Source: Eledone cirrhosa (lineage: Eukaryota). Taken from it: a DNA stretch of 64,000 nucleotides. Made by a program: the position numbers and the translations under genes. The stretch is from assembly GCA_964016885.1 (NCBI GenBank), contig OZ024746.1, positions 100,812,001 to 100,876,000 on the forward strand, written 5' to 3'. The notes under the pieces were generated by a model. The model was not told the origin of the DNA and did no database searches. It saw only the letters and a list, made by a program, of their open reading frames with translations. Below, piece after piece: positions 35,700-47,007 of the stretch (its first letter is position 1; each line of letters starts with the position of its first letter).

Positions 35700-36152
35700 C
35701 ATCATTATCATCATCATCATTTTTCATCCGCTTTTCCCTCCTTGCAAGGGTGGGATAGGTCCTATTCAGCACAGCATCTCTCCACTTGTCACAGTCCTTT
35801 GTCATCTCCTCTGTGAGTTTCAGGAATCTGAGGTCTTCTCTCACCACCTCCGCCTATGTTTTTTGTGGTCTTCCTCTACTGCGTCTTCCTTCCACTGGGA
35901 TTTCTTGGCACCCTCCATGCATATCACATGTCCATACCATCGCAGTCTTCTCTCTCACACTACAACTTATCCCTCTTATACACAGTTTCACTCTTAACTC
36001 ATCTATGCTGGGTCGTTCACGCACATTGACATTGCACATCCAACGAAGCATGCTTGTGTCATTTCTCTCCAGCTGTTGCATATCCTCCGCAGTTGCTGCC
36101 CATGTCTCACTACCATACAGCATCACGCATCTCACACAGGCATCTTATAACC
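35700..36152 (-). mobile_element. RTE-clade LINE 3' fragment
   Basis: LYGSETWA...MLRWMCNV...GRRSRGRPQKT peptide with a (GAT)n tail; closely similar to 52830-53295. Confidence 0.9.
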
Positions 36153-36252
36153 GGCTACTGAGATAGCTGTGACATGATAACAGCTTAAAATATTCATAGA
36201 CTCTTGTATGTTTATTATACATGAACATATTGTATATATCTTTATATTGCCC

Positions 36253-36570
36253 TTCAGGCTATAACAGAGGAGTTCAAGACCGGCTGCCTATGGGAACTCC
36301 TATACGCAGATGATCTAACGCTCATAGCTGAATCAATGGGTGAACTAGAGAAGAAATTCCAAACATGGAAGCATGGCCTAGAATCAAAAGGCCTTAAAAT
36401 TAACCTGTCTAAGACTAAAGTTCTAGTTTGTAGGAAGGAAAATAGGGCACTGGTCCCATCTGGGAAATGGCCATGATCAGTGTGTAGGAAAGGAGTAGGC
36501 AGAAACTCCATTTTATGTCCCAAATGCAAAGTATGGGTGCATAAAAGATGTAGTGGGATCACAGGTAAAA
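36253..36570 (+). mobile_element. RTE-clade LINE RT fragment including partial PHD-like finger
   Basis: + frame reads QAITEEFKTGCLWELLYADDLTLIAES...GLKINLSKTK...GKWP*SVCRKGVGRNSILCPKCKVWVHKRCSG. Confidence 0.9.
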
Positions 36571-36659
36571 AAAAATAATACACACCCGTCCCACTACCCC
36601 CACCCCATCCACACCACCCCTTTCGATGTAAAGTTATGTTGGTACCACAACATCCAGTC

Positions 36660-36918
36660 CAAAACAAATGAGGTCGTGTAGCTGTCACGACAAAAAACAC
36701 ACAGTCCACGCTGTAATGTGGCCGTGTAGGTAACACGGTAAAAACCTCCCAGTCCACACTGTAAACGTGGTTGGTGTTAGGAAGGGCATCCAGCCGTAGT
36801 AAACCCGCCAGACAGTCCTATATGAGCAAGACAACCAATCTTGCCTCAAGTGGGAAAATTCCCGTCCAAACCCATGCAAGCGTGGAAGATGGACGTTAAA
36901 CGATGATGATGATGATGA
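36660..36918 (+). mobile_element. Short RTE-tail-related retroposon with (GAT)n tail
   Basis: GAAGGGCATCCAGCCGTAG...CCCATGCAAGCGTGGAAGATGGACGTTAAACGATGATGATGATGAT. Confidence 0.75.
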
Positions 36919-37048
36919 TATACCTCTATTATGAACCAGTCTATGTAACTGATATTGCTAATAATTTAGCACATAATAATTATCTTAGTTTGTTCATAAA
37001 TTACAAATATTTCTTTCTTTAAGGACATAACATTTCAATTATGGCCTT

Positions 37049-37261
37049 TGATAGAAAATTAGACATAACAATGACTAGTTCTGTTGATAGAAAGTTAGAC
37101 ATGACTAATGACTAGTTCTGTTGATAGAAAGTTAGACATAACTAATGACTAGTTCTGTTGATAGAAAGGTAGACATAACTAATGACTAGTTCTGTTGATA
37201 GAAAGTTAGACATAACTAATGAGTAGTTCTGTTGATAGAAAGTTAGACATAACTAATGACT
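37049..37261. repeat. 37-bp tandem repeat (GATAGAAAGTTAGACATAACTAATGACTAGTTCTGTT), ~5.7 copies
   Basis: Direct periodicity (37081, 37118, ...). Confidence 0.95.
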
Positions 37262-37824
37262 TTCATAGACTGCTTTCATCCCATTTTTACTCTGGAAACC
37301 ACACTGTGTGCTCTTAGTGCTTATTTCTCCTGTGAATCTGCTACATACAAAGTGTATCTTCTCTGTTAATTTACCTGTAATTCCATTGATTACACTGTAT
37401 GCAGCTTAAGAAGTTTCTACCACCCACTTTTCCATATATCAAACAAAGCCACTTTTCTGATGGTAACTGGTTCCTATCTTCTTTCCTACCTAGCAGAGCT
37501 TTAGTCATTGCTAAGCTTTGTTCTAGGCCAAGCATGGGCAACCTTTTTCGAGAAGTGGATTGCATGAGATATGGTTCATCATCAAGCAAGCCGCAAGAGC
37601 TAATTTACATTTGTGTCCACATTAAAAATAGGGCGGTAACTCAGGTTGTTTTGATTTGTTTCCTCAGAATTTGTGCATGTTCTTTTCCTCGATCGTAAAA
37701 ATGATAGAAAGATATATTACGACTGAAAAGTTGGGGTAAAAAAATCAAAGATTTCACTTAGGTGACTTAGGCGAGCCATTCAGAAAGCTTTGTGGGCCGC
37801 AGGTTGCCCATGGCTGTTTTAGGC

Positions 37825-38170
37825 CTTTCTATTCTAAGTGTTTCTTCTGTGCCTGAAACTAACTCTTCTACTGATTCATCTATAAGAACTAGGTCATCAG
37901 TACACAAGAGTCTCCATGGATTGCTAGTCCTAAACTCCTCTGTTATGGCCTGGGGAATAATGATAACTGATAATGTTAACTGAGCCCTGAGGAACCCTGC
38001 TCCTGTACTTCTAATTCATCAATATACTTATTGCCAACTCTCAACTTACACAGCCCTCATGAGCCAGTCATCAACACTTAGCTTCTTTAGTGTCAACCAG
38101 ATTACTGAGGATCCTGTCAAAACCCTTCTCTAGATCCACAAATGCTAGGTACAGAGTTTTAGTCTTAACT
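37825..38170 (-). mobile_element. Degenerate RTE-clade RT fragment
   Basis: Similar to 53750-54090; minus strand carries DLEKGFDR-like, QAITEEF and ELLxxDDLVLI-like remnants. Confidence 0.75.
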
Positions 38171-38204
38171 AAATCTTCTGCTTCAATTTTCTCTCAAGGA
38201 AGAA

Positions 38205-38525
38205 GATATCTTGGGTAATAACCGAAAGAATACAATCATGAATACAAGCAATTGAAATGGGATTCCTTTGAATGGTCTTTGGAGTAACGTTACTTAATAG
38301 AGTGTGTAGCTCAGAGATCAGATTCACTCCAGGTTGTGATGCTACTTCTCCAAACTGAGAGATCATAGCCAGTGGTAGACCCCGGGCAAGATGGTTGGAT
38401 AACATCCATGAGCTTGACTGGTCTTTTTGAGGATCCAGTTGGATCAATTGAAGATGGTTGCTTCTGACAGGACATGCTGGAAGGCATGCTTGAGGACTCT
38501 TTCCCCCACGACCCTCTCAGGAATA
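38205..38525 (+). mobile_element. RTE/RTE-X LINE 3' fragment
   Basis: Near match to 56640-56985 (GAAATGGG...GTAACGTTACT...CTCAGAGAT...GGTAGACCC...CCCCACGACCCTCTCAGGAA). Confidence 0.8.
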
Positions 38526-38683
38526 AGTAAATAAGTATTAATTTCATGCACATCCTAGATCTTACTGAAATGTTTGTACTATCTAAAGCATCAAGTTTCT
38601 TGAGGTTTCATGATGAGTAGATCATAATGAAAGTTTTAAAAGGGCATTTATTCATATTGATATTTGTTACTTCTATTTTTCAG

Positions 38684-38764
38684 TCAAACTATGGATACTC
38701 AAAACCAGATGATCTAGGAATGATAAACCCAGCATATGAAAGAGAGGAGAGCATTAAATTATAA
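38684..38764 (+). CDS. Gene A terminal coding exon (SNYGYSKPDDLGMINPAYEREESIKL*)
   Basis: Acceptor ttacttctatttttcAG, phase 0 matching the previous exon. Contains NPxY (NPAY); TAA at 38762-38764, followed by AT-rich UTR-like sequence. Confidence 0.82.
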   Translation, partial: SNYGYSKPDDLGMINPAYEREESIKL

Positions 38765-39700
38765 ATAGTTTGGCCAATAGAGATGGTAAAATTGTATCTA
38801 AAGATATGTAATCAACAATTCTAGAACTACATTCTTCACACAAGTAGTTTATATAGTAATCATACAATTACAAAAAATTATAATATTGAACAATAATCAT
38901 CATTGATCAAATTTTAAATTTGTAAACTTTTGATTTGATTTTAATTATATTAGTGACAATAACTTTACTGTTGTCTTAATTTTGAATACTGTACAATATA
39001 CATACATACATTTACACATAAACAAAAATACATAAACACACATAAATATATTCTATGAGTAGCTTAAATTTTTTTTTATTAATTAATGATTTGGGGGGGG
39101 GGGGGGGGTTTGTTTGTTTTGTGCAATACAATATTACAATCACTCATGGTAAATGTGTAGTCACTGACAAGAAATGGTGGTATTGAGAAAACTAAACTAA
39201 AAAGACATATTCGTGGATAACCATGTATTGAATTATCCCATAAAAGATCAAAAGTGCACCTTGGCAACCTATTATCACATTTTGAAGTCGAAAACTCCAC
39301 CTTTATGATTGCTCATTTATATTACACCTGTGTAATGTGATGAACAAGAAAGCTATGATAGGTATTGTTGCAGATGCCTAAGTAACTCTGGCCACCACAA
39401 TAAAAGGTCTACTGTCTGGTTTTAGTTCACCGAAGCAGAATTATCAATTTAAGTTTGAAAAGACAACAAAGAAAGAGAGAGAAGAAAAACAAAGAGAAAA
39501 TGAGGTAAAAAAAGCAGGCTGGCCAGAAATTATCAAGTCTGTGTGCACACATACACACACACACACGTATGTGTAATTAATATTTTTGTAAGTGAAAAAG
39601 AGAAAAAAGAAAGATATATTATTAATTACATAACATATCATAATTGATTTGAAGAACTTCCTTAGTTTGATATTTTAACATTTTGTAAATTATATTTGAA

Positions 39701-39706
39701 AATAAA
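39701..39706 (+). promoter_or_regulatory. Candidate polyadenylation signal of gene A
   Basis: AATAAA followed by a T/GT-rich tract (gtgttttattc...ttttgtgttcttttc). An alternative AATAAA lies at 39399. Confidence 0.45.
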
Positions 39707-39894
39707 ATATTTGCAGTGTTTTATTCTCCTAGTGACTTTTGTGTTCTTTTCAGTTCCCTGTAACTCTAATTTCTACAAGCTGTAAATACTTAGTATTAGA
39801 CAGGATTTCATATATTGATTTAATGTAAAGTGTTGGGGAGCTATTCCATAAACCCATTGTTGGTCTTGAATTCTAATGCTTTATGGAGATCACA

Positions 39895-42025
39895 TAATAA
39901 TAATGATAATGAAAGTATTGTGTACAGTGCTCAGGTGCACTACAACTCATCAAAGGTGCATGTATAGTGTGGTTAGAAAAAGCTATCTCACTTACCGCTT
40001 TTCATAGGTGCCGCTAAATCCCATGGCTGGTTTCTCCTCTTCCATGTGCGTCCAACTCATTAACACCCGGGAGCTGCCAAACTCGCGTCCGCACCGTTCC
40101 TGGTCACCACTAGAGAGAGACCGATCTGCTGGCCCTTCCGGTCGAGCACCCTTCCGGCCAAGCACCCTTCCGGTCAAGCACTCTTCCGGTCAAGCACTCC
40201 CCAGCTTCCAGCCACCGCACACCACACCATACCCACATATAGTACATAGAATAATGTAGAAATGTCAGGAAAGAGAACAGTGTATGAGTCATGAAATACA
40301 ACTGATGCAGGTAGTTTGTTCCATGCTTCAGCAACTCTGAGCGTGAAAAAGTGTTTCCAAAAGTCATGGAAGCTGTGCAGCTTTCTGACTTTGTAGGCAT
40401 GCCCACGTGTGTTAGACACATGGAATTCGAAAATGTGCTCAGGGTTGTTGTTGGCAAGATGGTTAATAATTTTGTGGGTGTTTACCAAGTCAGTTGCCAG
40501 ATGTCAGAGCTTCAATGAATCCATGCCCAGGGAAGCAAGGCATTCAGAATATGGTAGATACCTGATGGAGGGTATTTGCTTGGTTGCACGTCTCTGAACA
40601 ATTTCCAGGTCAATGTTCTGAGCAAGATGGGGTTCCAGACTGGTGATGCAAATTGTAAGTGTGGCCGCACCATAGCTATGTACAGCTTTAAATAGATAGC
40701 TGGAGAGCGGCTGACAAAGGTCTTACTGAGTGATGGTAAGACACCCTCAGCCTTCTTGACAATTTTAGAGATGTGCTTTGTCCAACGCAAATCGCTGCTG
40801 ACCATAATGCCCAGGTCATGTTCACAAGAAGACTTCTTGAGATTAGTGTTGTGGAGGTGTATGTGGACACTGGGTTTTCCTCCCAAAATGCATGGTGGTA
40901 CACTTGTCCACAGCCAGCTTGAGTTGCCAGTCTGTGATTTGTTGCTGCATTGTGTCCAGGTCTGATTTCAGGAAAGATCTATAGTGTTCAAGATCTATCC
41001 TTTTTATCTCAAGGTACAGCTTGATGTCATCTGCATATTTCAGTACTGTGGCATTATTTAAGTTGACATCTATGTCATTAATATATGCAACAAACAAAAG
41101 GGGACCAAGAACAGATCCTTGCAGTACACTAGATGACATCTCATAGAGTGAAGAATTCTGTCCTTAACCGTGACTACCTCTTTTTGACTGAGAATGAAGG
41201 ACTTCAACCAGTTAAAAAGATCATCCTTCACACCCATTGCAGAGAGTTTCGCCATAAGTCTTTTGTGTGGCACAGAATTAAAAGCTTTAGCAAAGTCAAG
41301 GTAAACAACATCCATCCACCCATGAGCCGCCATCAGTGATCCGGGTGATGTCTTCAAGAAATTTGATAAGTTGATCACAGCAGCTGGAGTTAGGGATAAA
41401 TCCAAATTGCGAGGGCCAGATAAGGCAGTTTGGCAATGCAGCTAGTAAGACTGACTGGACGACAGTTGACAGGTGATGTGCTGTCACCCTTTTTGAACAG
41501 AGGAATGACACTAGCAGTTTTCTACTGCCCCGGAGTAGCACTGTTGTTAAGATAGAATTGAAAGAAGAGTGATAGCTGGTGCAGAAGAAAGTACCCACTG
41601 CGTTTGAGAAGCAAGTACATAACACCATCAAGACCAGGAGAGGCATAGTTGTGCTTATTCTTCAGGTGACATCACAGCATTGCAGGTGTAAATTCGATAG
41701 TTGTTATAGAATTTGATGTCAGAGGTGGTGGAAATGGTACATTTTGGTCTTCAACAGTAAAGATGCCTGCATAGCATTCAGCAATGAGTTCTGCGCATTC
41801 TTTGGGATCGTCAGTAATCTTGCCTGTGTGGGGATTGCGAAGAGGACCAACTGGAGAGTTAGGCCTCTGCTTTGAATATACATATTTCCAGAACACCTTA
41901 CTGTCAGGGTTGGTTGCTATGCACTGTTCAAATTCAAACACTGCCTATTTGTCACCTGCTTGAGATGGTTGGATGATTTATTTCGCTTTATTCTATTTTT
42001 AGTGAGTTAGTCCCCGGGTTACTTA
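39895..42025 (-). mobile_element. CR1-clade LINE, 5'-truncated, frameshifted ORF2 (RT) plus 3' UTR
   Basis: Motifs VVYLDFAKAFNSVPH, QGSVLGPLLF, YADDIKL, RPHLQFASPVWNP, TRGHAYK and FFTLRVAEAWNKLP across broken ORFs; (ATT)n-like tail near 39895-39910. Confidence 0.92.
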
Positions 42026-42807
42026 CTCCAGTAAGTACCACCGGATCCCAACCACTAAATTTAATAGAAATAAGATATAGGAGAATTTTCATACAATTTC
42101 ATTTCGTGTGAGAATTATCTCTCACTACATTTGAAGTAATACCTGAAGCATAGTAAATTTTTCAAAACGAGTATCAATATGACTTGCGTTTATTGTAGTC
42201 CGTGAATTACATATGTGGTAAGCAAATGTACCTCATGGCATGACAAGGTATAATCCTGAACCGTACGATGTGGTTGGAAAAGGGTTAGCATGTTTGCACT
42301 CAATGTGATCACTTCAAGGGTTAACCAGCAAAAGAGAGAGAGATGACTTTCAGTTCAATCTATTATAATCCTTTGAACGGAAGTTTTAATGAAGGTTCTA
42401 GAATTTCAATCGGAAGTAACTCTAGCTACTTCCCTTGTCTAGAGAGTGCTACAAGACTCCCCTCTCAGACGAGAAGTCGAATAACCAATCGAAGGTCATT
42501 GTAGCGAGAACCCATAAGAAATGAGGAGCAAAGCAAAAGGTACAAGAAAATGAATGAATAAAAACATGAGCAAGCAAAGAGCAAAAGGAGCACAAAACAA
42601 GTAAATGCATTTTACAAAGAAAAATGTGAATGTAACAAACTGATAATTCAAAGTCAATATAAGGGAGCAGAGAAAGAAAAATTAATGCTCAATGGTAAGT
42701 TAAAAGTTTTTCAAAGTCAAATAGTTCATACATCACCAGTGTACAAACTTTTCTAACATTAGTTCTATCTGAAAACTGAAAAAGAAGTTTGTTAATGCCA
42801 CTAGGGG

Positions 42808-44590
42808 TTAGATGTATATTGTTTTTGAGAGTTTTCGTGGCCATTTTACCATCCTGCCACCTCGTGTGACATAAGGTTGTGTGGTATGTGGTGTTTGCGG
42901 TGAAGGTGAAGGTCTTAGTGTGGGAGTGTATGTACGAGGTATGTCAGGCAGTGTAATGAGACTTTCAGAGAAAGCCTTCTTTGCTCTGTCAATGGATATT
43001 GTCTCTTTTCGACCATTGACAGCCACTATGAAATGTATGATGTGTGCGAAAGCACACAAAAAGGTCCATTGTAGGGTGACGTAAGTGGTCCCTTGACGGA
43101 ATCATTCCGTATAAAAATGTGTGTCCACGTAGAGATGTCCGATGGGACAGCAGAAGAAATAGACTGGTCACGAGGGTTCATTGGTGGAAAATCCGAGAAA
43201 TACAAACGAATCCTGGTGACATATGATGCTGGGTCAAGATGCGATGAATTCACTGGTGCTAACATTTGACCAGGAAGAGACAATGTGGTACCATAAAGAA
43301 GTTCAGCAGAAGTAAAACCTAAATCTGTCTTAATGGCAGAATGACAACCAAGAAGCACGATTGACAAAAATTTGGTCCAACGTTGCAGATCAGGAGTAGC
43401 GCGGAGTGCAGTTTTCAACTGTCTATGAAACTTCTCCACCATTCCATTGGAGGCTGGGTGATAGCTGGTCGTATGAATGTGATGAGCACCCAAGAGTTGT
43501 GATATTTCACGAAATAAGGAAGCTTCAAATTGGCGTCCACAATCCGTAGTTATTTTAGTAGGAACACCAAAGCGAGCAATCCAATTGGAAATGAAAGCTC
43601 GGGCAACGGACTCTGCTGTTATGTCCATGAGGGGTATGGCTTCAGGCCACCGAGAGAAACGATCGATACAAGTCAATATATATGTGAACCCACGACTAAC
43701 GAGCCACGGACCAACAATATCCATGTGAATATGACGTTAACATGCGTCTGGCGGGCTGAATTTCCCAAGAGGAGCGCGGGCATGCCAATAAATCTTAGAG
43801 CGCTGACACTTCAAACAAGAATGTCCCCAACTGGTGATTAAACGACGCATGTTAGGCCAGAAAAATCGAGCCGTAATAAGCTTCACCATGGCAGCTATGC
43901 CGGGATGCGACAAGGAATGAAGTACATCAAAAACGGTACGCTGATGACAATCTGGAACAAGTGGTCTGGGTGATCCAGTAAAAATATCGCAAAGAATTTT
44001 TCCTTCAGCAGATGGAAGAGGTAAATATTCAAATTTACAGCAGGAAAGCTGAGTAGAAGAAATGTCCAACGAATCCAAAGTAGGTTGGTCAGTTGCTATG
44101 GCAACCAAATCGATATGTGCAGGAGACGCAAGAGAACACACAGAAAGTCGAGATAGTGCGTCCGCAGGTATGTTGGCAGTTGAGATAGTGCGTCCGCAGG
44201 TATGTTGGCAGTTGAGATAGTGCGTCCGCAGGTATGTTGGCAGTTCCAGCTATATGACGAATGTCACTGGTATACTGGGAGATGAGATCCAGATGCCTAT
44301 ACGCTCTCGGAGAGTACCTGTCGGACTTGGTTTGAAGAGCGAATGTGAGTGGTTTATGGTCTGTGAATACCGTGAACTCCCGAACTTCAAGAAGATGGTG
44401 GAAATGTCTCACAGCAAGATAAATTGCTAAAAGCTCTCTGTCAAAAGTACTGTAACGTTGCTCTGCTGGTTTTAGTTGGCGTGAGAAGAATGCCAGTTGT
44501 TGAACCTGGTGGTTGATCGCATGTTGCAAAACTGCTCCAACAGCATGATCGGATGCATCAACAGATAAAGAAAGTCTCGCATTTGCAACA
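42808..44590 (-). mobile_element. Ty3/Gypsy LTR-retrotransposon pol remnant (RNase H plus integrase)
   Basis: FFSRQLKPAEQRYSTFDRELLAIY, FTDHKPL, NIPADALS, HHCC zinc finger (HSLSHPG...CLKCQ), DIVGP, IDRFSRWPEA, SNGMVEKFHRQLK, TRGGR. No LTR identified. Confidence 0.95.
44151..44246. repeat. Exact 32-bp triplication inside Gypsy pol
   Basis: AGATAGTGCGTCCGCAGGTATGTTGGCAGTT(G) starts at 44151, 44183 and 44215. Confidence 0.97.
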
Positions 44591-44592
44591 GG

Positions 44593-46290
44593 ATGGGCAA
44601 GGAAGGAAACTTGCCTTCCGAAACCCCCAAGGTCATTCTCAAGTCAGATCTCAGTAATGCTTTTAATTCCATCAGTCAGGATGTCATCCTTCATTCAGTA
44701 AAGGAGCAGCTTTGCCACTTTGCTTGGCAAGCCTACCAGGAGCCCTCCTACCTCACCTTCGATGACCATCTCCTTCTATCTGTCACAAAGACCTGCACTT
44801 TTCACTCTGGGCATTGATGACGTCACCAAGTTAGGAGATGACCTGGATCTGAATCTCTGGTATCTGGATGATGCTTGCTTGGGGGGTCCTCCAGACAAGG
44901 TCCTTGCAACTGAGAAGACGATGATTGAGAAGCTGGCCCATAGGGGCCTTCAAGTCAACAACTCCAAATATGAGCTCTGGCTCCTCAACCACCCAGCTTC
45001 ACACCAAGAGACTGTTGATCTGTTCACAGAGTCTTTCCCCTCCATAGCGGTTCCTCTCCCATCGGCGTGGTACTCCCTTGGGGCCCCAGTTACTGACAAA
45101 GCCTTCAAGTCCACCTTTCAATCTAAGTTGGTTAACCTCAAGTAACCTTTAGAAAACCTCGAAATCATTGAGCCTCACCAAGGTTTTTTCATTCTCCGGA
45201 ATTATCTGTCAATCCCTAAGTTGTTGTATTTCCTTGAGTTAGTCCCTCTTACAAATACTCGTCATCTCTCCAACACTTCGATGGCCTAATATTCAGTGAG
45301 CTTGAGGGTTTGGTCAATGTCCAACTCTCTCCAGAGTCTTGCGACCAAACTGCCTTACCAAAACGGGAGGTCTCGGTTTGCGTTAGTGTACTCGGTTTGC
45401 GTTAGTGTACTTCATTGTCCCTACCTTGCTTTCTTTCCGCCAACCACGCCTGCTCCCTTTTGGTGGGTGACCTCCTCTCCTTCCCAACTTGGACTAGTTC
45501 CACCAGGGAGTTGGCTGAAGTTACTGATGAGGATAGACGGAAGCAGAGAGTATGGGACAATCTGTTCAAGGGAAACTTTTAACTTTCTCTTTGATCTTTC
45601 CGATCAATTTTCTAGATGCCGCTTACTTTCTGCTAGTGCAAAGTTCTTGGGGGACTGGATTGATGCCCTGCCTGTGGCCAACATTGGTGGCCTTCTCAGT
45701 CAGGATGAGCTCAGCATCTCCATTGCACTTCATATGGGAGCTGATGTCTGTGGGGGTTTGAGATGTCGCTGTGGTAGGTCCTTCGACTCCACAGGTTTAC
45801 ATGGTTTGTCCTGCAGCCTGAATGCTGGTCGTTTTTCCCGTCACACCGAGCTAAACCTGATAATCAAATGGGCCCTGGATCAGGTAAATATGCCCTCAGT
45901 TCTGGAGCCAGCTGGTTTATCCAGAAGTGATGGGAAGAGTGTCCCTAGGTGAGAGGGACATCTGGGATGTCACAGTCAGAGACTCTTTTGCTCCCTCCCA
46001 CATCATGGACGGAGAATGTGGGGTCACTGCTTCTGCTGCTAAACGGAATAAAATTCGGAAATACCAGGATTTATCAAATAATAATTTTTTCCATCTTGTG
46101 GCATTCAAGACGTTCGGTGGAGTTGGGCCGCTGACAGCGAAGTTCTTGTCATCGCTGGCAGCTCATGTTACCGAGGTGCCAGGTGATGCTCGTGAGGGTG
46201 CCTGGTTATTTCAGTGCCTTAGTCTCACCATCACCCATGGTAATGCTGTGAGCCTGTTGGGTTGCTTGAAAGTGTGTAGTTAACCCCTAA
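44593..46290 (+). mobile_element. CRE-like non-LTR retrotransposon (RT plus zinc knuckle plus restriction-like endonuclease), 5'-truncated and degenerate
   Basis: KSDLSNAFNSI, WYLDD, CRCG...HGLSC...RH, EPAGLSRSDGK, IWDVTVRDSFAPSH, KIRKY, F.LVAF.TFGG and WLFQ.LS..I..GNA. Motif order is typical of RLE-bearing CRE elements. Confidence 0.85.
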
Positions 46291-46380
46291 GGTGTGAGGT
46301 GTGGCCTATTGTCACACTTGCTGGTGAATGTTCCCCTTCACTTTTCTTTCTTTCCTTTATCATTATTGTTCAATGAATTA

Positions 46381-46605
46381 AGGGCGGTGGGTTGGCAGTA
46401 TCGGTAGAGGGTCGGACGCCATGCTTTGCAGCATAGAGTTACGGCCCTTTATGATCTGAGTTCAAATCCCACTGAGGTTAACTTTGCCTTTCATCCTTAC
46501 AGGGTTGATAAAATAAAGTACCAGTCACGCACTGGGGTCGTTTAATCGACTTTCCCCTTCCCCAAAATTGCTGGCCTTGTGCCTATATAAGAAACCATTA
46601 TTATT
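46381..46605 (+). mobile_element. Full-length tRNA-derived SINE (Deu/Nin-domain-like)
   Basis: A-box-like TGGCAGTATCGG, B-box-like GAGTTCAAATCC, core GCCTTTCATCCTT...GATAAAATAAAGTACCAG and (ATT)n tail. Confidence 0.9.
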
Positions 46606-46615
46606 CAATTAATTA

Positions 46616-47007
46616 TCTCCTTATAATATATAACCAGCAATTTCTCTGTCTGTCTGTCCAACAGTGGAAACACGTGCGCGCGTGCGAATGTTTTTTGCGC
46701 ACGCGTAGAGAGAGAGTGAGAGTGAAAGAAAGAGACAGACTAAAAGAGGGGGATAGCGGGAGGGAGAGAGGGGGGAATTGAGGAGTGCTACAGAAACATA
46801 TATACATTTCTGTGTGTGTGTAATATATATATATATATACACACACAGAAATATATATATATATATACACACAGAAATATATATATACATTTCTGTGTGT
46901 GTAATATATATATATATACACAGAAATATATATACATTTCTGTGTGTAATATATATATATACTAGATTTGCTAGCAGAAAACCGCCCACCGGGTGGTTTT
47001 CTGCTAG
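46616..47007 (+). mobile_element. Non-autonomous Helitron-like element 1 (copy 1)
   Basis: A|TC start (TCTCCTTATAATATATAA...GTCTGTCTGT), terminal hairpin and CTAG end. Confidence 0.65.

Noticed and set aside
42030-42800. Possible Gypsy 3' LTR
   Set aside because: No clear polypurine tract, TG...CA termini or second copy visible.
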